Below, one piece after another: positions 10,249 through 20,379 of a stretch of 64,000 nt of DNA. The notes under the pieces were generated by a model, which did not search any database, was not told the DNA's origin, and saw only the letters and a program-made list of their open reading frames with translations. The stretch is from IMG/VR virus record IMGVR_UViG_3300031998_000004. One strand, 5' to 3'. The first letter of the stretch is position 1, and each line of letters opens with the position of its first letter. The stretch is from a virus (Duplodnaviria; Caudoviricetes). The position numbers and the translations under genes are program-made.

Positions 10249-10276
10249 AAAGGAGAAAATCCAAAAATTTTCTCCT
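10249..10276 (-). terminator. Intrinsic terminator
   Basis: AGGAGAAAAT/ATTTTCTCCT stem with T-run on minus strand. Confidence 0.7.
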
Positions 10277-10302
10277 CAAATTCAATATATTTTTTCTTTA
10301 GA

Positions 10303-10962
10303 TTAGAAATCAAGTTTATAAGGATTAGCATCTATCTTGATGGTCAACTTACCCCAGAACTCACTTCCCTGTTCGTATTTTGCAGTGAGGTTTCCTTTAG
10401 ACCACATATTTTCTCCTTCAGATTTCCAGGACTCAAGTTTATTCAATACATTTTTATTTTCTGCACCCGTGCTTACAAACGTAAACTGATCAACAAAATA
10501 ATAATTTGGATCAACATATCGGAATCCAAGATTTGTTAATTCGGGTTTCATGGTTTTGAAATTAGCTGCGCGACCGAGCTCATCTTCCAGATCACTCACA
10601 AGCACAAACTCAGCAAGATAAAAGTTATCCCGGCTATATCCACCGTAACTCGTATTTGATACAAACATAACCGTTTTATCAGGAGACACTATTGAACTCT
10701 TATAACTTACATCGGAACCGTCAGGAGTTATCTTCTCGCAGTCATCATACTCCATCCACCCAGCATCTTGAAGTTTGCTTATTACGTCACCAATCATCTG
10801 TTCGGCACGGTATCCACCTTTGGCTTTATAAGTGAGTTTATAAGGAGTAAAAGGTTCCTGTTTAAATGATGCTGGAACAGTGAATCCATTTTTCTTAATT
10901 GCTTTTTTAAGATCAGCAACATTACCTACGGCTTCGGTTATGTATTGTGTGAAATTATTCAT
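10303..10962 (-). CDS. Putative internal head protein (CTS-like leader)
   Basis: Starts MNNFTQYITE-A, like T4 internal-protein leader MKTYQEFIAE. Confidence 0.6.
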   Translation of the reverse strand: MNNFTQYITEAVGNVADLKKAIKKNGFTVPASFKQEPFTPYKLTYKAKGGYRAEQMIGDVISKLQDAGWMEYDDCEKITPDGSDVSYKSSIVSPDKTVMFVSNTSYGGYSRDNFYLAEFVLVSDLEDELGRAANFKTMKPELTNLGFRYVDPNYYFVDQFTFVSTGAENKNVLNKLESWKSEGENMWSKGNLTAKYEQGSEFWGKLTIKIDANPYKLDF

Positions 10963-10965
10963 ATG

Positions 10966-11508
10966 TTACTTTTTCTTATTTCCAAATATACTTATATTAA
11001 ACTTCTCGTACTGACTGACAGCAAAGACGTCTAATATATAATTAGCAGATTTTCTCAAGATAGTAAATTCTTTATCACCCCCAATCCACTCGTACGAGCG
11101 CATTACTTCCGTATATCCGTCAAACTCAGCGGGTGTGTCTTCAATCTTTCTAGCGCCGTTCTCTGTTAAGTAATCTTCTATGATCTTGATTGTTTGTCCT
11201 GGTTCACGACCGGGTCTCTCCGTCCAAGCGAGTGTAATCTTATATATTGATTCTTCAGGTACAGATTCGGATTCATTTTTAATAGGTTCATTAATTGGTT
11301 TACGACTATTTATCTTTTCATATTGTTCAAGAGCAGTTTTAATATAAGAAGAAGTATCGTTTACTTCAATTCCGAATTCTCTCAATTGTTGACAAATATC
11401 GAGATAATATTCTACTTGTTTTTTACAATCGGTTTTTCTTCGGAGATGATTTTTGATAGTCTCTTTTACGTTATAATGCTTTTTCTTTAGTTCTTGAATC
11501 TTGTCCAT
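10966..11508 (-). CDS. Hypothetical protein
   Basis: Start re-assigned to MDKIQELKK to avoid overlap with divergent gene. Confidence 0.7.
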   Translation of the reverse strand: MDKIQELKKKHYNVKETIKNHLRRKTDCKKQVEYYLDICQQLREFGIEVNDTSSYIKTALEQYEKINSRKPINEPIKNESESVPEESIYKITLAWTERPGREPGQTIKIIEDYLTENGARKIEDTPAEFDGYTEVMRSYEWIGGDKEFTILRKSANYILDVFAVSQYEKFNISIFGNKKK

Positions 11509-11546
11509 ATTATGTTTGATTATTGATAAAAATATATTAAATTTGT

Positions 11547-12161
11547 ATGTTATCTCTATCGTTATCTCCAAGATATGACTTATTTAAATTTGCTTTACCG
11601 AAGACTTTTCTCCCAAAGGAAGTGAGTGATAAGTATCAAAAGATACTCAATCAAAATGCTGGTGTGCTTGCCACTCCCATAGACTATCTTAATGAGAGTA
11701 TTAAAGGAGTAAACATTCCCGGCATTTCTGATCTTATCATAGAACAAACTCAACATTCGTCTAATAGTATTAAAGGTCTTGGCAAATTAAATGTGGAACC
11801 AGCAAGATCTAATTCATATAAGTCAACAGCAAACCCTCTTGATAAGATTAATAAGGAAATAACAGTCACATTTCGCTTCAATCAAGGGTTCTATAATTAC
11901 TTTATGTTATATGAAACAATTTTTTATAAATATTGCAAACCAATTGATTATCCGGATGAAGATGTATTATATATAGAACTTTTAGATGAAACTGGTCGAA
12001 TAACATCTCGAATAAAATTCTTTGATTGTGTGTTGGATGGTATTGAAGGATTGGAATTTGATTATTCTAAAATTGAGCGAGATACTGGTACATTTAATAT
12101 AACATTTAAGTTTAACAATATAGATTTCGTCTTTGTTGATGAGAATGGAAATGAGATATAA
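11547..12161 (+). CDS. T4 gp3-like tail-tube terminator / tail tube-fold protein
   Basis: GVNIPGI, ITVTF, IELLD, LEFDY pattern resembles T4 gp3 (SVPIPGI, LYILD, VEFSY). Confidence 0.6.
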   Translation: MLSLSLSPRYDLFKFALPKTFLPKEVSDKYQKILNQNAGVLATPIDYLNESIKGVNIPGISDLIIEQTQHSSNSIKGLGKLNVEPARSNSYKSTANPLDKINKEITVTFRFNQGFYNYFMLYETIFYKYCKPIDYPDEDVLYIELLDETGRITSRIKFFDCVLDGIEGLEFDYSKIERDTGTFNITFKFNNIDFVFVDENGNEI

Positions 12162-12167
12162 CCGATA

Positions 12168-12848
12168 ATGAAAACCCTAGTAGAAAGCATATTTGGTGAT
12201 AATGTTACTAACAATCCCAATGTAACTACCGTGCAAGATGCAGAAAAGGTTGTTGTGGATACTCTTGAAAGGTGTCTTAAAATGAAATGTCTTGATATTG
12301 CTGAGTCATCTCAATTTTTTCCTCAATTAAAGCAGAGCATGATATGGAAAAATGGTAAGTGGGCACTTGCTATGTGTCCTATGGATGAGGATTCTCAAAA
12401 TGTGTCTACAAACATATACTTACAATACAATCTTGATTGGCCCAGATACATTAAACCCGAAGAGAAAACGAAAATAGAAACATCAAATTTTTCTATTAGG
12501 ATTCTTATAAGAATCAGTCCCTGGAGAAACGATCAAATTATATTGAAAGAAATTGGTGTTGAAGTATATGAAGGATTTGGTTATGAATCTGGTACAGAGA
12601 TTTTAGATACTTCAATTTCCCATCATACTCGTCTCAAAGATATTATATTTAACACAAACACATTAGGTATAGTGAAATTCTTAGGAGAATGCTTTTTAAA
12701 GTTTAAGATGTACGTAGAGAATGATGTGTTTAATGAGGTATTCCGTCATCTTTATGCTAAACAAACAACCAAAGGTCAAACCAGTAGAAAACATGATAAT
12801 CTTGCAGCACAGGAGTTATCAAGAGTATTTAATACAATTGTAAAATAA
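12168..12848 (+). CDS. MKxLxE-SIF family putative internal head protein
   Basis: MKTLVE-SIFGDNVTN. Confidence 0.8.
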   Translation: MKTLVESIFGDNVTNNPNVTTVQDAEKVVVDTLERCLKMKCLDIAESSQFFPQLKQSMIWKNGKWALAMCPMDEDSQNVSTNIYLQYNLDWPRYIKPEEKTKIETSNFSIRILIRISPWRNDQIILKEIGVEVYEGFGYESGTEILDTSISHHTRLKDIIFNTNTLGIVKFLGECFLKFKMYVENDVFNEVFRHLYAKQTTKGQTSRKHDNLAAQELSRVFNTIVK

Positions 12849-13501
12849 TGAAACCGTTAGTAGAAAGCTTATTTGATAGTGATCTTGTTCAACAAGGCGT
12901 ACCCATAAATATAGACTATGTATACGAAGAAGTATTTGCTGCTCTTAAAAAGTATAACTTTGAAGATTGTCCATATGAGAAATTAAATACTGGTTATGTT
13001 CCGAGCAAAGATATCATTATGCCAAATTCTCATAGTGATTATTTTTCATTTACAGTTTTACGACCGAATTACAAAATTAAATCATATGCGTCTGGAAGAT
13101 TCGGTACTGCAGAAGAAGTACTTACAGGAATATCTTTTGTAATAGGAACAGACGATCTTAAAGATGACGACACCAGTGTATATCTCCTCCGAGCTGACGT
13201 TCATTGGGTCGATATTGTGGGAGGTATGTGTTTTTCGACAAGTAGACTATTGTGGAGTGGAAATGATTGGGAACATTACTCAAAACTCAAAACAAACAAG
13301 ATAACGTCGGAAACTCTCGGAGATATCATCGACTATATCAAGTCGCGAATAGATAAATGTTTTCAAATGGTCACGAGAGATCGACAAGAGATATATAATA
13401 TCAAATTTGGACAAGCAAACAATGGTGGTGACCCGTGGTTAAAAGGTAGAAAAGATAATGTTTGGTATTTAGAGAAAATGAAAAAGGGACTCCGGAGATA
13501 G
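12848..13501 (+). CDS. MKxLxE-SLF family putative internal head protein
   Basis: MKPLVE-SLFDSDLV. Confidence 0.8.
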   Translation: MKPLVESLFDSDLVQQGVPINIDYVYEEVFAALKKYNFEDCPYEKLNTGYVPSKDIIMPNSHSDYFSFTVLRPNYKIKSYASGRFGTAEEVLTGISFVIGTDDLKDDDTSVYLLRADVHWVDIVGGMCFSTSRLLWSGNDWEHYSKLKTNKITSETLGDIIDYIKSRIDKCFQMVTRDRQEIYNIKFGQANNGGDPWLKGRKDNVWYLEKMKKGLRR

Positions 13502-13511
13502 AGTCCCTTTT
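13482..13511. terminator. Bidirectional intrinsic terminator
   Basis: AAAAGGGACTC-8nt-GAGTCCCTTTT between convergent genes. Confidence 0.8.
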
Positions 13512-13542
13512 CTTATTTATGCAACAAAGTCTAACTCGCATA

Positions 13543-14619
13543 TTAGACAAAGACCAGGATGGGCTTGAGGTTGCACTTCACAAGGACCCCATCCTCGATG
13601 ATGTACGGATCAACGTGCTGCACCTGTCCAACTTCCTTGTTATAGAAAGTCTCTTCGTCAAATGAAGAAAGACGGACAGCAACGTTATCTCCGGGTTTGT
13701 AATTGACAAGCTCGTCAGGAGCTACCTTCACCATACCAGTGATGTTCAGATCGGTGACCTCAACAAAGACCCCACATTTCTTACTTGAGTTAATGACTCC
13801 CGTCACAACACCACCGTGCACTACCTTGGAGTACTTGTCCCACTGAGGTGAGTCCTCGCACCAGCGTTTGAACATCTCGATCATCCTTTCGTTACCCAGG
13901 AACGTCAAATAGGACTTTACAGAACATATAAGTGACATTCCATCACCTTTCGGAATGTAATTAAGAACGAACGCATCTACGTCCTTACCAATAAACTGTT
14001 CGAAGTCATCGGTGATGTTAAGAACGATCTGGCTACCAGGAATGAACGCATCTACTACATACTCTTCGCCAATGAATCCTGATGTAGAAGGAATAACTGC
14101 TTTACCAATAAATCCACCTGCAGTAAGCTGAAGATTCCTAACTTTAATAGTCCTGGGATCTCCAAGTACATTCTGACTGGTGGGATTAGAGACAGTATCC
14201 TGAATCCAAGCATCGGTCATTGGTTTGATGGGGTCGAGAGTGATTCGGTCTTTCTTGACATCAACAACCACAGCATCTATAGCCTCCTGTGAACCACCAC
14301 GGAGTTTCCTATACTTATATAGGTTAGATGCACACATCACCGTACCCTTGTAGTTGACATCTTCGAACTTGACGGAGTCCTTCGTGACGTTTGCAAGTCT
14401 GGTTTTGATGATATCACCAACTTTGTATTCTCGAGGGAGTTCATTTGCTTTACCATTGACTCCGGTAAGGTCTATTCCGTAAATTGTCTGGAAAGCTTCT
14501 GTTACTGTGTTGTTTCTGAATCGATCTGAATAAGATTTAATTCGCTTTTTGTCGTCAGCGAACTCCGGCCACTGGAACTGATCTCCAGGAACGGAACGAT
14601 TTGAATTTGAATGTTTCAA
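13543..14619 (-). CDS. Ribosomal protein S1-like multi-S1-domain RNA-binding protein
   Basis: Three S1-like repeats: YKVGDIIK..., AFIPGSQI...FIGKDV, GVVTGV..CGVFVEV..YKPGDNVAV; TTG start uncertain. Confidence 0.75.
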   Translation of the reverse strand: MKHSNSNRSVPGDQFQWPEFADDKKRIKSYSDRFRNNTVTEAFQTIYGIDLTGVNGKANELPREYKVGDIIKTRLANVTKDSVKFEDVNYKGTVMCASNLYKYRKLRGGSQEAIDAVVVDVKKDRITLDPIKPMTDAWIQDTVSNPTSQNVLGDPRTIKVRNLQLTAGGFIGKAVIPSTSGFIGEEYVVDAFIPGSQIVLNITDDFEQFIGKDVDAFVLNYIPKGDGMSLICSVKSYLTFLGNERMIEMFKRWCEDSPQWDKYSKVVHGGVVTGVINSSKKCGVFVEVTDLNITGMVKVAPDELVNYKPGDNVAVRLSSFDEETFYNKEVGQVQHVDPYIIEDGVLVKCNLKPILVFV

Positions 14620-14670
14620 TTTTCGTGTGTTTTAATACGTTAAACTTATATAGACTATAATATATAGAAT

Positions 14671-14937
14671 TTACCTATTATATTTAAATTCAGACTTCGG
14701 TGGTATATCCAAAGCTATTCTGGAACGACCATCATCAGGAATCTCTCCTTCCACTCGATTCCAAAGAATAATTGTATCCTGACCGTGTATCTTTTTTACA
14801 AAATCAACAAACTCATTATACACAGACTCTCCTTTCTTTATTATCGGAAGGTCTGTTACATATTCTTTAACGAGTTTTCCTTCTGGAGATACTACTCCTA
14901 TTTCGTAATAAAAACTATTTTGAGTACTTTTTGACAT
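14671..14937 (-). CDS. Hypothetical protein
   Basis: 88 aa ORF. Confidence 0.65.
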   Translation of the reverse strand: MSKSTQNSFYYEIGVVSPEGKLVKEYVTDLPIIKKGESVYNEFVDFVKKIHGQDTIILWNRVEGEIPDDGRSRIALDIPPKSEFKYNR

Positions 14938-15214
14938 CTCTTTCTGCTGCTTTGAGTTTAACTTTCCAAGCTCTTTTCTTCCTTGGGTCCATTTTCTTTC
15001 GCCCAGCTGTCTGCTTGGCTACCTTCAAGTCCCATTTGGCTATTTTGAGTTTTTCTTCTTTAGTCATAATTATCTTCCCATTCCTCCTTCAGCAATGGAA
15101 ATAATTTCATCATCCAACATTAACACATAAGCTTCTCGATATGGAGCCCACATACCTCCTACTAAGGTATGTTCTAATTTAAGATGATCTTTCAAATATT
15201 GTCTGATTTCCTTC

Positions 15215-15994
15215 TCATCCATTCCTATGCTCCCTATAATAAGCGGCTAACTTCCTCCAAGTATAAGGGCTAGCAACTTTATCCTTAAACCACTGAATGT
15301 ATCCAGGGTCGGACTTACATACTGCCATAAACTCCTGGTCCCTATACTTACCAATATTAAATACTATCCTTTCGGGTTCACCTGCATTAGCTGCATTCCT
15401 GATTGATCCTTCGGGAGAATAGAGATTATTCTCTGGCCACTCTTCAATCGGGATTCCGGACGTGTCGTCTTCTTTAATGACATCTTGCTGACATTTGAAT
15501 ACTTCTATTGTTGCTCCCACATCCGCGAGACTGTTATGTGCGTCCTCGAGACACTCTCCAGTGTAGTTGAAGTAGACGTTGGATAGTTTCCTAGGGTTGA
15601 GTCTTACCTCGATTCCGTAACTATCATAAAAGACCTTATCATCCATCGGGAAGTTCTTTCCAATCAGCAGTAGGTCTTTGTATATCATATTGACATCGAA
15701 GCGGTTACCATTAAAGGTGAGCACATCAGCATCATCAAACATTTCAATAAACTCATCTGCTACTGTGGACAGGAGAACACCGTTCTCTTCGATAAACTCT
15801 TTAGTAAGGCCATGTGCTTCAAACGCACCTTGTTTAATCTCATAAGCCCTGAGCGGACGAATGTAATGGTCAAAGGTCTTGACATGTTCGTAAGTGTCTT
15901 TCTTAAATTTAATAGCGGATAACTGAATAACGTAATCTTCCGTTTGCGAGAGACCCGTGGTCTCAACATCAAATGCAACAATGTAATGATTCAT
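15215..15994 (-). CDS. DEDDh 3'-5' exonuclease (DnaQ/epsilon-like)
   Basis: FDVETTG, FNGNRFD, AHNSLAD. Confidence 0.9.
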   Translation of the reverse strand: MNHYIVAFDVETTGLSQTEDYVIQLSAIKFKKDTYEHVKTFDHYIRPLRAYEIKQGAFEAHGLTKEFIEENGVLLSTVADEFIEMFDDADVLTFNGNRFDVNMIYKDLLLIGKNFPMDDKVFYDSYGIEVRLNPRKLSNVYFNYTGECLEDAHNSLADVGATIEVFKCQQDVIKEDDTSGIPIEEWPENNLYSPEGSIRNAANAGEPERIVFNIGKYRDQEFMAVCKSDPGYIQWFKDKVASPYTWRKLAAYYREHRNG

Positions 15995-16030
15995 GTATAA
16001 ATATACTTATATTACTGTGATTATTTATCC

Positions 16031-16300
16031 ATGAAGGATATTAAACAATATATACTTGAACGAGACGCTAATACCCTCCCCGCTCGTATCACAGTAGATG
16101 ATGATAAGGAGAAGGGTATCTTGAAGGTTTCTTTTGGAAAGAATGGTTGGGGTTTGAGTAATGAGTTCTCACAGATTGGAGAGATCGTCCAGGAGTACTC
16201 GAGACAGAATAACATCTATATCAGAAAATGTATCATTGACGAACTTGATGATGTATATGATATAGAGTTTACGTATTCAAATAAACACTTTAACGACTGA
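16031..16300 (+). CDS. Putative internal head protein (CTS-like leader)
   Basis: MKDIKQYILE-R. Confidence 0.65.
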   Translation: MKDIKQYILERDANTLPARITVDDDKEKGILKVSFGKNGWGLSNEFSQIGEIVQEYSRQNNIYIRKCIIDELDDVYDIEFTYSNKHFND

Positions 16301-16788
16301 TGAAAAGCTTACAGGAAAGTCTATTTGACAAAGACATAATCCAGAACTCTGATGTCAGACTTGGGGAACTCTATGAGATATCTCCTGTCATTCACTACTG
16401 TGGTGTTACCAACAACATCCGTGAGGTGTTGGGGATGTTTGATGAGAAGGCTTGGGCTCGCGCAAAGTGGCCTCTTCACGTTCGCGAAGATTGTAGTTTT
16501 ATTGAATACTGGTCGGATATTGAACCAAGGAGACTTGTTCCTTTTATAAATATGTTCTTCAATCTCCCGATGTCAGACATTAATAAACTCTTTGAAAAAC
16601 CATCTACTGGAAGCGAGCATCTTGCAAAGTGTCTTGAGAAGTATTATTCATATCATGGTGCGAAAGCAAAGCACATCTATATTGTTGGCCGAAAATTAGA
16701 TAAAGATAGACTTATTGAAATAACAGTGTATAAGGATATTCTCGTTCCTAGTCCGAGTAGTATAAAATTAACATTTGAGAAACGATGA
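16300..16788 (+). CDS. MKxLxE-SLF family protein; paralog of 16785
   Basis: MKSLQE-SLFDKDIIQ; shares LGELYE.SPV, IYIVGRKL, SPSSIKLTFEKR with next gene. Confidence 0.85.
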   Translation: MKSLQESLFDKDIIQNSDVRLGELYEISPVIHYCGVTNNIREVLGMFDEKAWARAKWPLHVREDCSFIEYWSDIEPRRLVPFINMFFNLPMSDINKLFEKPSTGSEHLAKCLEKYYSYHGAKAKHIYIVGRKLDKDRLIEITVYKDILVPSPSSIKLTFEKR

Positions 16789-17279
16789 AAACTCTAATGG
16801 AAAGTCTACAAGAAAGTCTATTTGACAAAGACATAGTAAAGGGCTCTGAGGTAAAACTTGGAGAACTTTATGAGTTGTCTCCTGTTAGACACCATAATAT
16901 GGTAATTAACAGTATACATAAAGTCCTCAATATGTTTGATGAGAAAAAATTGAAGAAAGAGAATTTTACTTTTAAGACAAACAGAGATCATGATTTCATA
17001 GACCTTTATGGATATCACACATGCATTGCTGAGTTTGTTGATATGATTCTTAATATACCTATGCAAGATATCAATAAGATATTCGAAGAACCATACAATG
17101 GAAACAAGCATATCGCTTCTACTATCGAGAAGTACTATTCAAACGGTGGATATTATGCAAAAAACATTTATATAGTAGGTAGAAAACTTAGTGCGGGAAA
17201 ATTGATTGAACTCACAGTATATGAGAATATCAATAATAGTTCTCCATCAAGCATAAAATTAACATTTGAAAAACGATGA
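16785..17279 (+). CDS. MKxLxE-SLF family protein; paralog of 16300
   Basis: MKTLMESLQE-SLFDKDIV (doubled LxE). Confidence 0.85.
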   Translation: MKTLMESLQESLFDKDIVKGSEVKLGELYELSPVRHHNMVINSIHKVLNMFDEKKLKKENFTFKTNRDHDFIDLYGYHTCIAEFVDMILNIPMQDINKIFEEPYNGNKHIASTIEKYYSNGGYYAKNIYIVGRKLSAGKLIELTVYENINNSSPSSIKLTFEKR

Positions 17280-17851
17280 AGACATTATCGGAAAGTCTAT
17301 TTGATAATAATTTAGTAGAGAAAGATATACTTGAGAATCCCGAGTTTAAGAAATGGATTAATCAACCGAATACTCTTTGGTATATTTATTATTACTGGGA
17401 GTGTGGGGAAGAAGATTGGTTAAATGATTTCATGAAAGAAGATTGGCGAGTATACAAACCACTTGTTGATGAATTGTTGGAAATAATAACTAATTCTATG
17501 GGTAAGGTGTATACTTGGTATATGATTAATTTAGATCAATTTTATTATTCCGATGAGGTAAAAGACAAGTTTGCTGATGAGGCTGAGTTTTATGATATGA
17601 TGAATGACGCGAACTCCATAATTATTCATAGTCGCTCGGAGACAAAAGATGGAATATCGAAATCTGGTTTTCGTGGTCCTCTTCCGAAAAACAGCAGTGT
17701 GACTGCTCTTCTTCAACAACTTGAAGAGAAATTTACAAAACCCGGGCTTGTTGACGGAGGATTTTTCCTCACTAATGAAGATACTATAATAGTACTAGCG
17801 TTTCCAAAAAGAACCCCAAAAAATATACTTAAATTATTTAATCTCGATTAA
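17276..17851 (+). CDS. MKxLxE-SLF family protein
   Basis: MKTLSE-SLFDNNLVEKD; distant paralog of 18065. Confidence 0.85.
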   Translation: MKTLSESLFDNNLVEKDILENPEFKKWINQPNTLWYIYYYWECGEEDWLNDFMKEDWRVYKPLVDELLEIITNSMGKVYTWYMINLDQFYYSDEVKDKFADEAEFYDMMNDANSIIIHSRSETKDGISKSGFRGPLPKNSSVTALLQQLEEKFTKPGLVDGGFFLTNEDTIIVLAFPKRTPKNILKLFNLD

Positions 17852-18060
17852 TGATACCGATCAAATCATATATGGCTGATGCTCTTGTAGGGAAACGATT
17901 ACACTTCAGGTGCGATTGTCTCCTAAACATAGACGTAGTCGGAACAGTCAAAGGGTGGAGCCTGTATCATGATGAGATTATATGGGATGTGTATACCGAT
18001 GAAGGTAAGTTTATTAGGATTGGTGAGAATCATCCAAATATGTTTATAAATGAATTGTAG
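17851..18060 (+). CDS. Small hypothetical protein
   Basis: 69 aa, translationally coupled. Confidence 0.7.
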   Translation: MIPIKSYMADALVGKRLHFRCDCLLNIDVVGTVKGWSLYHDEIIWDVYTDEGKFIRIGENHPNMFINEL

Positions 18061-18064
18061 CAGC

Positions 18065-18640
18065 ATGAAAACCTTACGAGAAAGCTTGTTTGATAAAGAT
18101 ATAATCGAGAAAGACCCAATTGATTTTACTGAGTTTAAGAATCTTTGTAAGAGACCCGAGACTCGTGCGGATATATTTAAGATTATCATGGCTATTATGA
18201 TGACTCCGAATAATTACATACCCGATTGGTACATAACTACTTATAAAGAAAATGATAGAGTCCTGGACTATATTATTAATGCTTTGCGTGATCAATTCAA
18301 AAAGAATGGTTGTACTTGGTTTGATGTTGAAGATGGAGACTTCGAAGAAGCTGGTGATGAGATGACTGATGAGGAAATCGACAAGGCAAACGAATGGTTA
18401 AGAGAGTTCTTCAATAAAGCAATAGAAGATGATTGTGGATGTAGGTTTAAGATATGTAAAGGTAAGATTCCAGACTTCCTCAAAAAACTCTTCAAAAATA
18501 CAGGGTATTGGTTCGATAAACTGAATCAGATAGATACTTGGGCTGTTGGGTATTATAGAAATGGAGAACAAATCCTATCATTCTATGGCTGTCCAAAAGG
18601 TCTCGATCCTACCGTTAAAAAACTATTATATAATCAATGA
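18065..18640 (+). CDS. MKxLxE-SLF family protein
   Basis: MKTLRE-SLFDKDIIEKD (start re-assigned). Confidence 0.85.
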   Translation: MKTLRESLFDKDIIEKDPIDFTEFKNLCKRPETRADIFKIIMAIMMTPNNYIPDWYITTYKENDRVLDYIINALRDQFKKNGCTWFDVEDGDFEEAGDEMTDEEIDKANEWLREFFNKAIEDDCGCRFKICKGKIPDFLKKLFKNTGYWFDKLNQIDTWAVGYYRNGEQILSFYGCPKGLDPTVKKLLYNQ

Positions 18641-19188
18641 AGACTCTCAGAGAAAGCCTGTTTGATGATAATCTTGTATCAAAAGATATAAGATTGGGAG
18701 ATCTGTATGAGTTGGAGTTTGTTCATTTACAAAGTCCTTATTGTTTTAATAAACTATATACAAAAAGAATTATCTCACAGAATTCGAAATTGGCTGACGA
18801 AAAGGACCTTAAGAAATATTGGTATTATTATGGTTCGGATAAGAATTATAAAACCCCACCACCAGAGATGGAAGCCGTGAGTAATGTAATTATTGGAGAA
18901 ATAGAAAAATTTCCAATGTATAAAGCACAAGGCGAACCACGAGGAAATGGGTTTTTGTATGTGTTTATTCAAGGACCAGATGACCCGTTTTCTAATGCAC
19001 TGAGACAATATTTACACGAATTTATAGACCCATATATTGTTGCGATGCAACCACATCGGATTTATGTGGATACTAATTATAAGTATCATAAACAAGAAGG
19101 ATACATTCAAGTTAAAATTGGTAAAAACACAAATCGAGGAAGATCAAGTATTCCAGATAGTATAGAATTTGTATTTAGAAAAAAATGA
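18637..19188 (+). CDS. MKxLxE-SLF family protein
   Basis: MKTLRE-SLFDDNLVSKD. Confidence 0.85.
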   Translation: MKTLRESLFDDNLVSKDIRLGDLYELEFVHLQSPYCFNKLYTKRIISQNSKLADEKDLKKYWYYYGSDKNYKTPPPEMEAVSNVIIGEIEKFPMYKAQGEPRGNGFLYVFIQGPDDPFSNALRQYLHEFIDPYIVAMQPHRIYVDTNYKYHKQEGYIQVKIGKNTNRGRSSIPDSIEFVFRKK

Positions 19189-19844
19189 AACACTTAAAAA
19201 CATATATAGAATGTGATGCTGGAATCACCGCGACTCCCACAAATACCATGGGTATGGGTAATCCAGGAGAGATCGCTCCAGACACTCTTTCCGAACCCAT
19301 CGGTGGAACAGCGAAGTCTGAAGTGGAGAAGAAAAAGAAAAAGAAGAAAATGAAGTCTCTGGCGGAATCTCTTTTCGATATTGACAATAATGTTACAAAC
19401 GACTTAACTTTTGGTGGAACATTTAAGTTGGTTAATATAGAAACAAAAGACTCATTATCTAGGCCAGGACATGGACAAACTAGAGGCAGAATGGTGAAAA
19501 TGAAAAGTAAACCTGAGGATATGTACAAGGTGAGTTTAATATCAAAACACTCTGGCTTGAAGGTCAATAAAGATATGGAGTCAATAGCAGCTGCTCTAGC
19601 TGTTATAGTTGAGAAAATCCCATTTACTGCTGAGTCTATAAAAATGTCTTTATATGATTTTTCTCAAACAACTTTAAAACCACTCAAACAATACTATTCA
19701 TCTAATGTAGGAGCTGGATATTTGAGTATGGGTGCTGATGTATATGCACACACACCAGACTGGAAGAGAGATGTCGATGTGTTAGATGCCCATGAAGTGG
19801 ATATAGATTTCTTGAACATAAAATTACACTACGTTAAAAAATGA
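19185..19844 (+). CDS. Fusion of CTS-like peptide/poly-Lys segment with internal MKSLAE-SLF protein
   Basis: MKHLKTYIE-C...KKKKKKK-MKSLAE-SLFDIDNNVTND; in-frame ATG at 19350. Confidence 0.8.
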   Translation: MKHLKTYIECDAGITATPTNTMGMGNPGEIAPDTLSEPIGGTAKSEVEKKKKKKKMKSLAESLFDIDNNVTNDLTFGGTFKLVNIETKDSLSRPGHGQTRGRMVKMKSKPEDMYKVSLISKHSGLKVNKDMESIAAALAVIVEKIPFTAESIKMSLYDFSQTTLKPLKQYYSSNVGAGYLSMGADVYAHTPDWKRDVDVLDAHEVDIDFLNIKLHYVKK

Positions 19845-20368
19845 AGACATTAGTGGAGAGTTTATTTGACGACAATATTAAAAAAGACATCCATCTCGGA
19901 GACTTACTCGAACTCGAAAAATGGGATACACCAGAGGCATGGGATGACGATATAATATCTAAAATGTTGAGAGCAAACTACGATATGAAGAAAGCAAAAT
20001 CCCTCATAAACAAACCCAAGTGGAAGAAGTTTTTAGAACCATATCGTGATGAATATAAAAAACCCCCAACTAATTATATTAATGCTAAATACAATTGGGA
20101 AACGATTTGTTGGTATTTGACTTGGGTGGCGCTGAGTTGTGGTTCTGGAAAAGAAGCAGAGACAAAACTTGTAGAATATTTGAAAGATATATCTTACGAA
20201 GATGAATTGGCTGATGAATTCACAATCAATGAGGTGGAAGTAATATCTCTTAATCGATCATTTATGAACGGGCTACCAAGAATGATAGTATTCAAGTTCC
20301 ATACGAGATACGACAATATAAAAGAAGGAGTTAAAATACTTTATATGACATTAAAAAAGAAGGACTAA
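19841..20368 (+). CDS. MKxLxE-SLF family protein
   Basis: MKTLVE-SLFDDNIKKD. Confidence 0.85.
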   Translation: MKTLVESLFDDNIKKDIHLGDLLELEKWDTPEAWDDDIISKMLRANYDMKKAKSLINKPKWKKFLEPYRDEYKKPPTNYINAKYNWETICWYLTWVALSCGSGKEAETKLVEYLKDISYEDELADEFTINEVEVISLNRSFMNGLPRMIVFKFHTRYDNIKEGVKILYMTLKKKD

Positions 20369-20379
20369 CGTCCTTCTTT
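20356..20379. terminator. Bidirectional intrinsic terminator
   Basis: AAAGAAGGAC-taac-GTCCTTCTTT at convergence of + and - operons. Confidence 0.75.
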
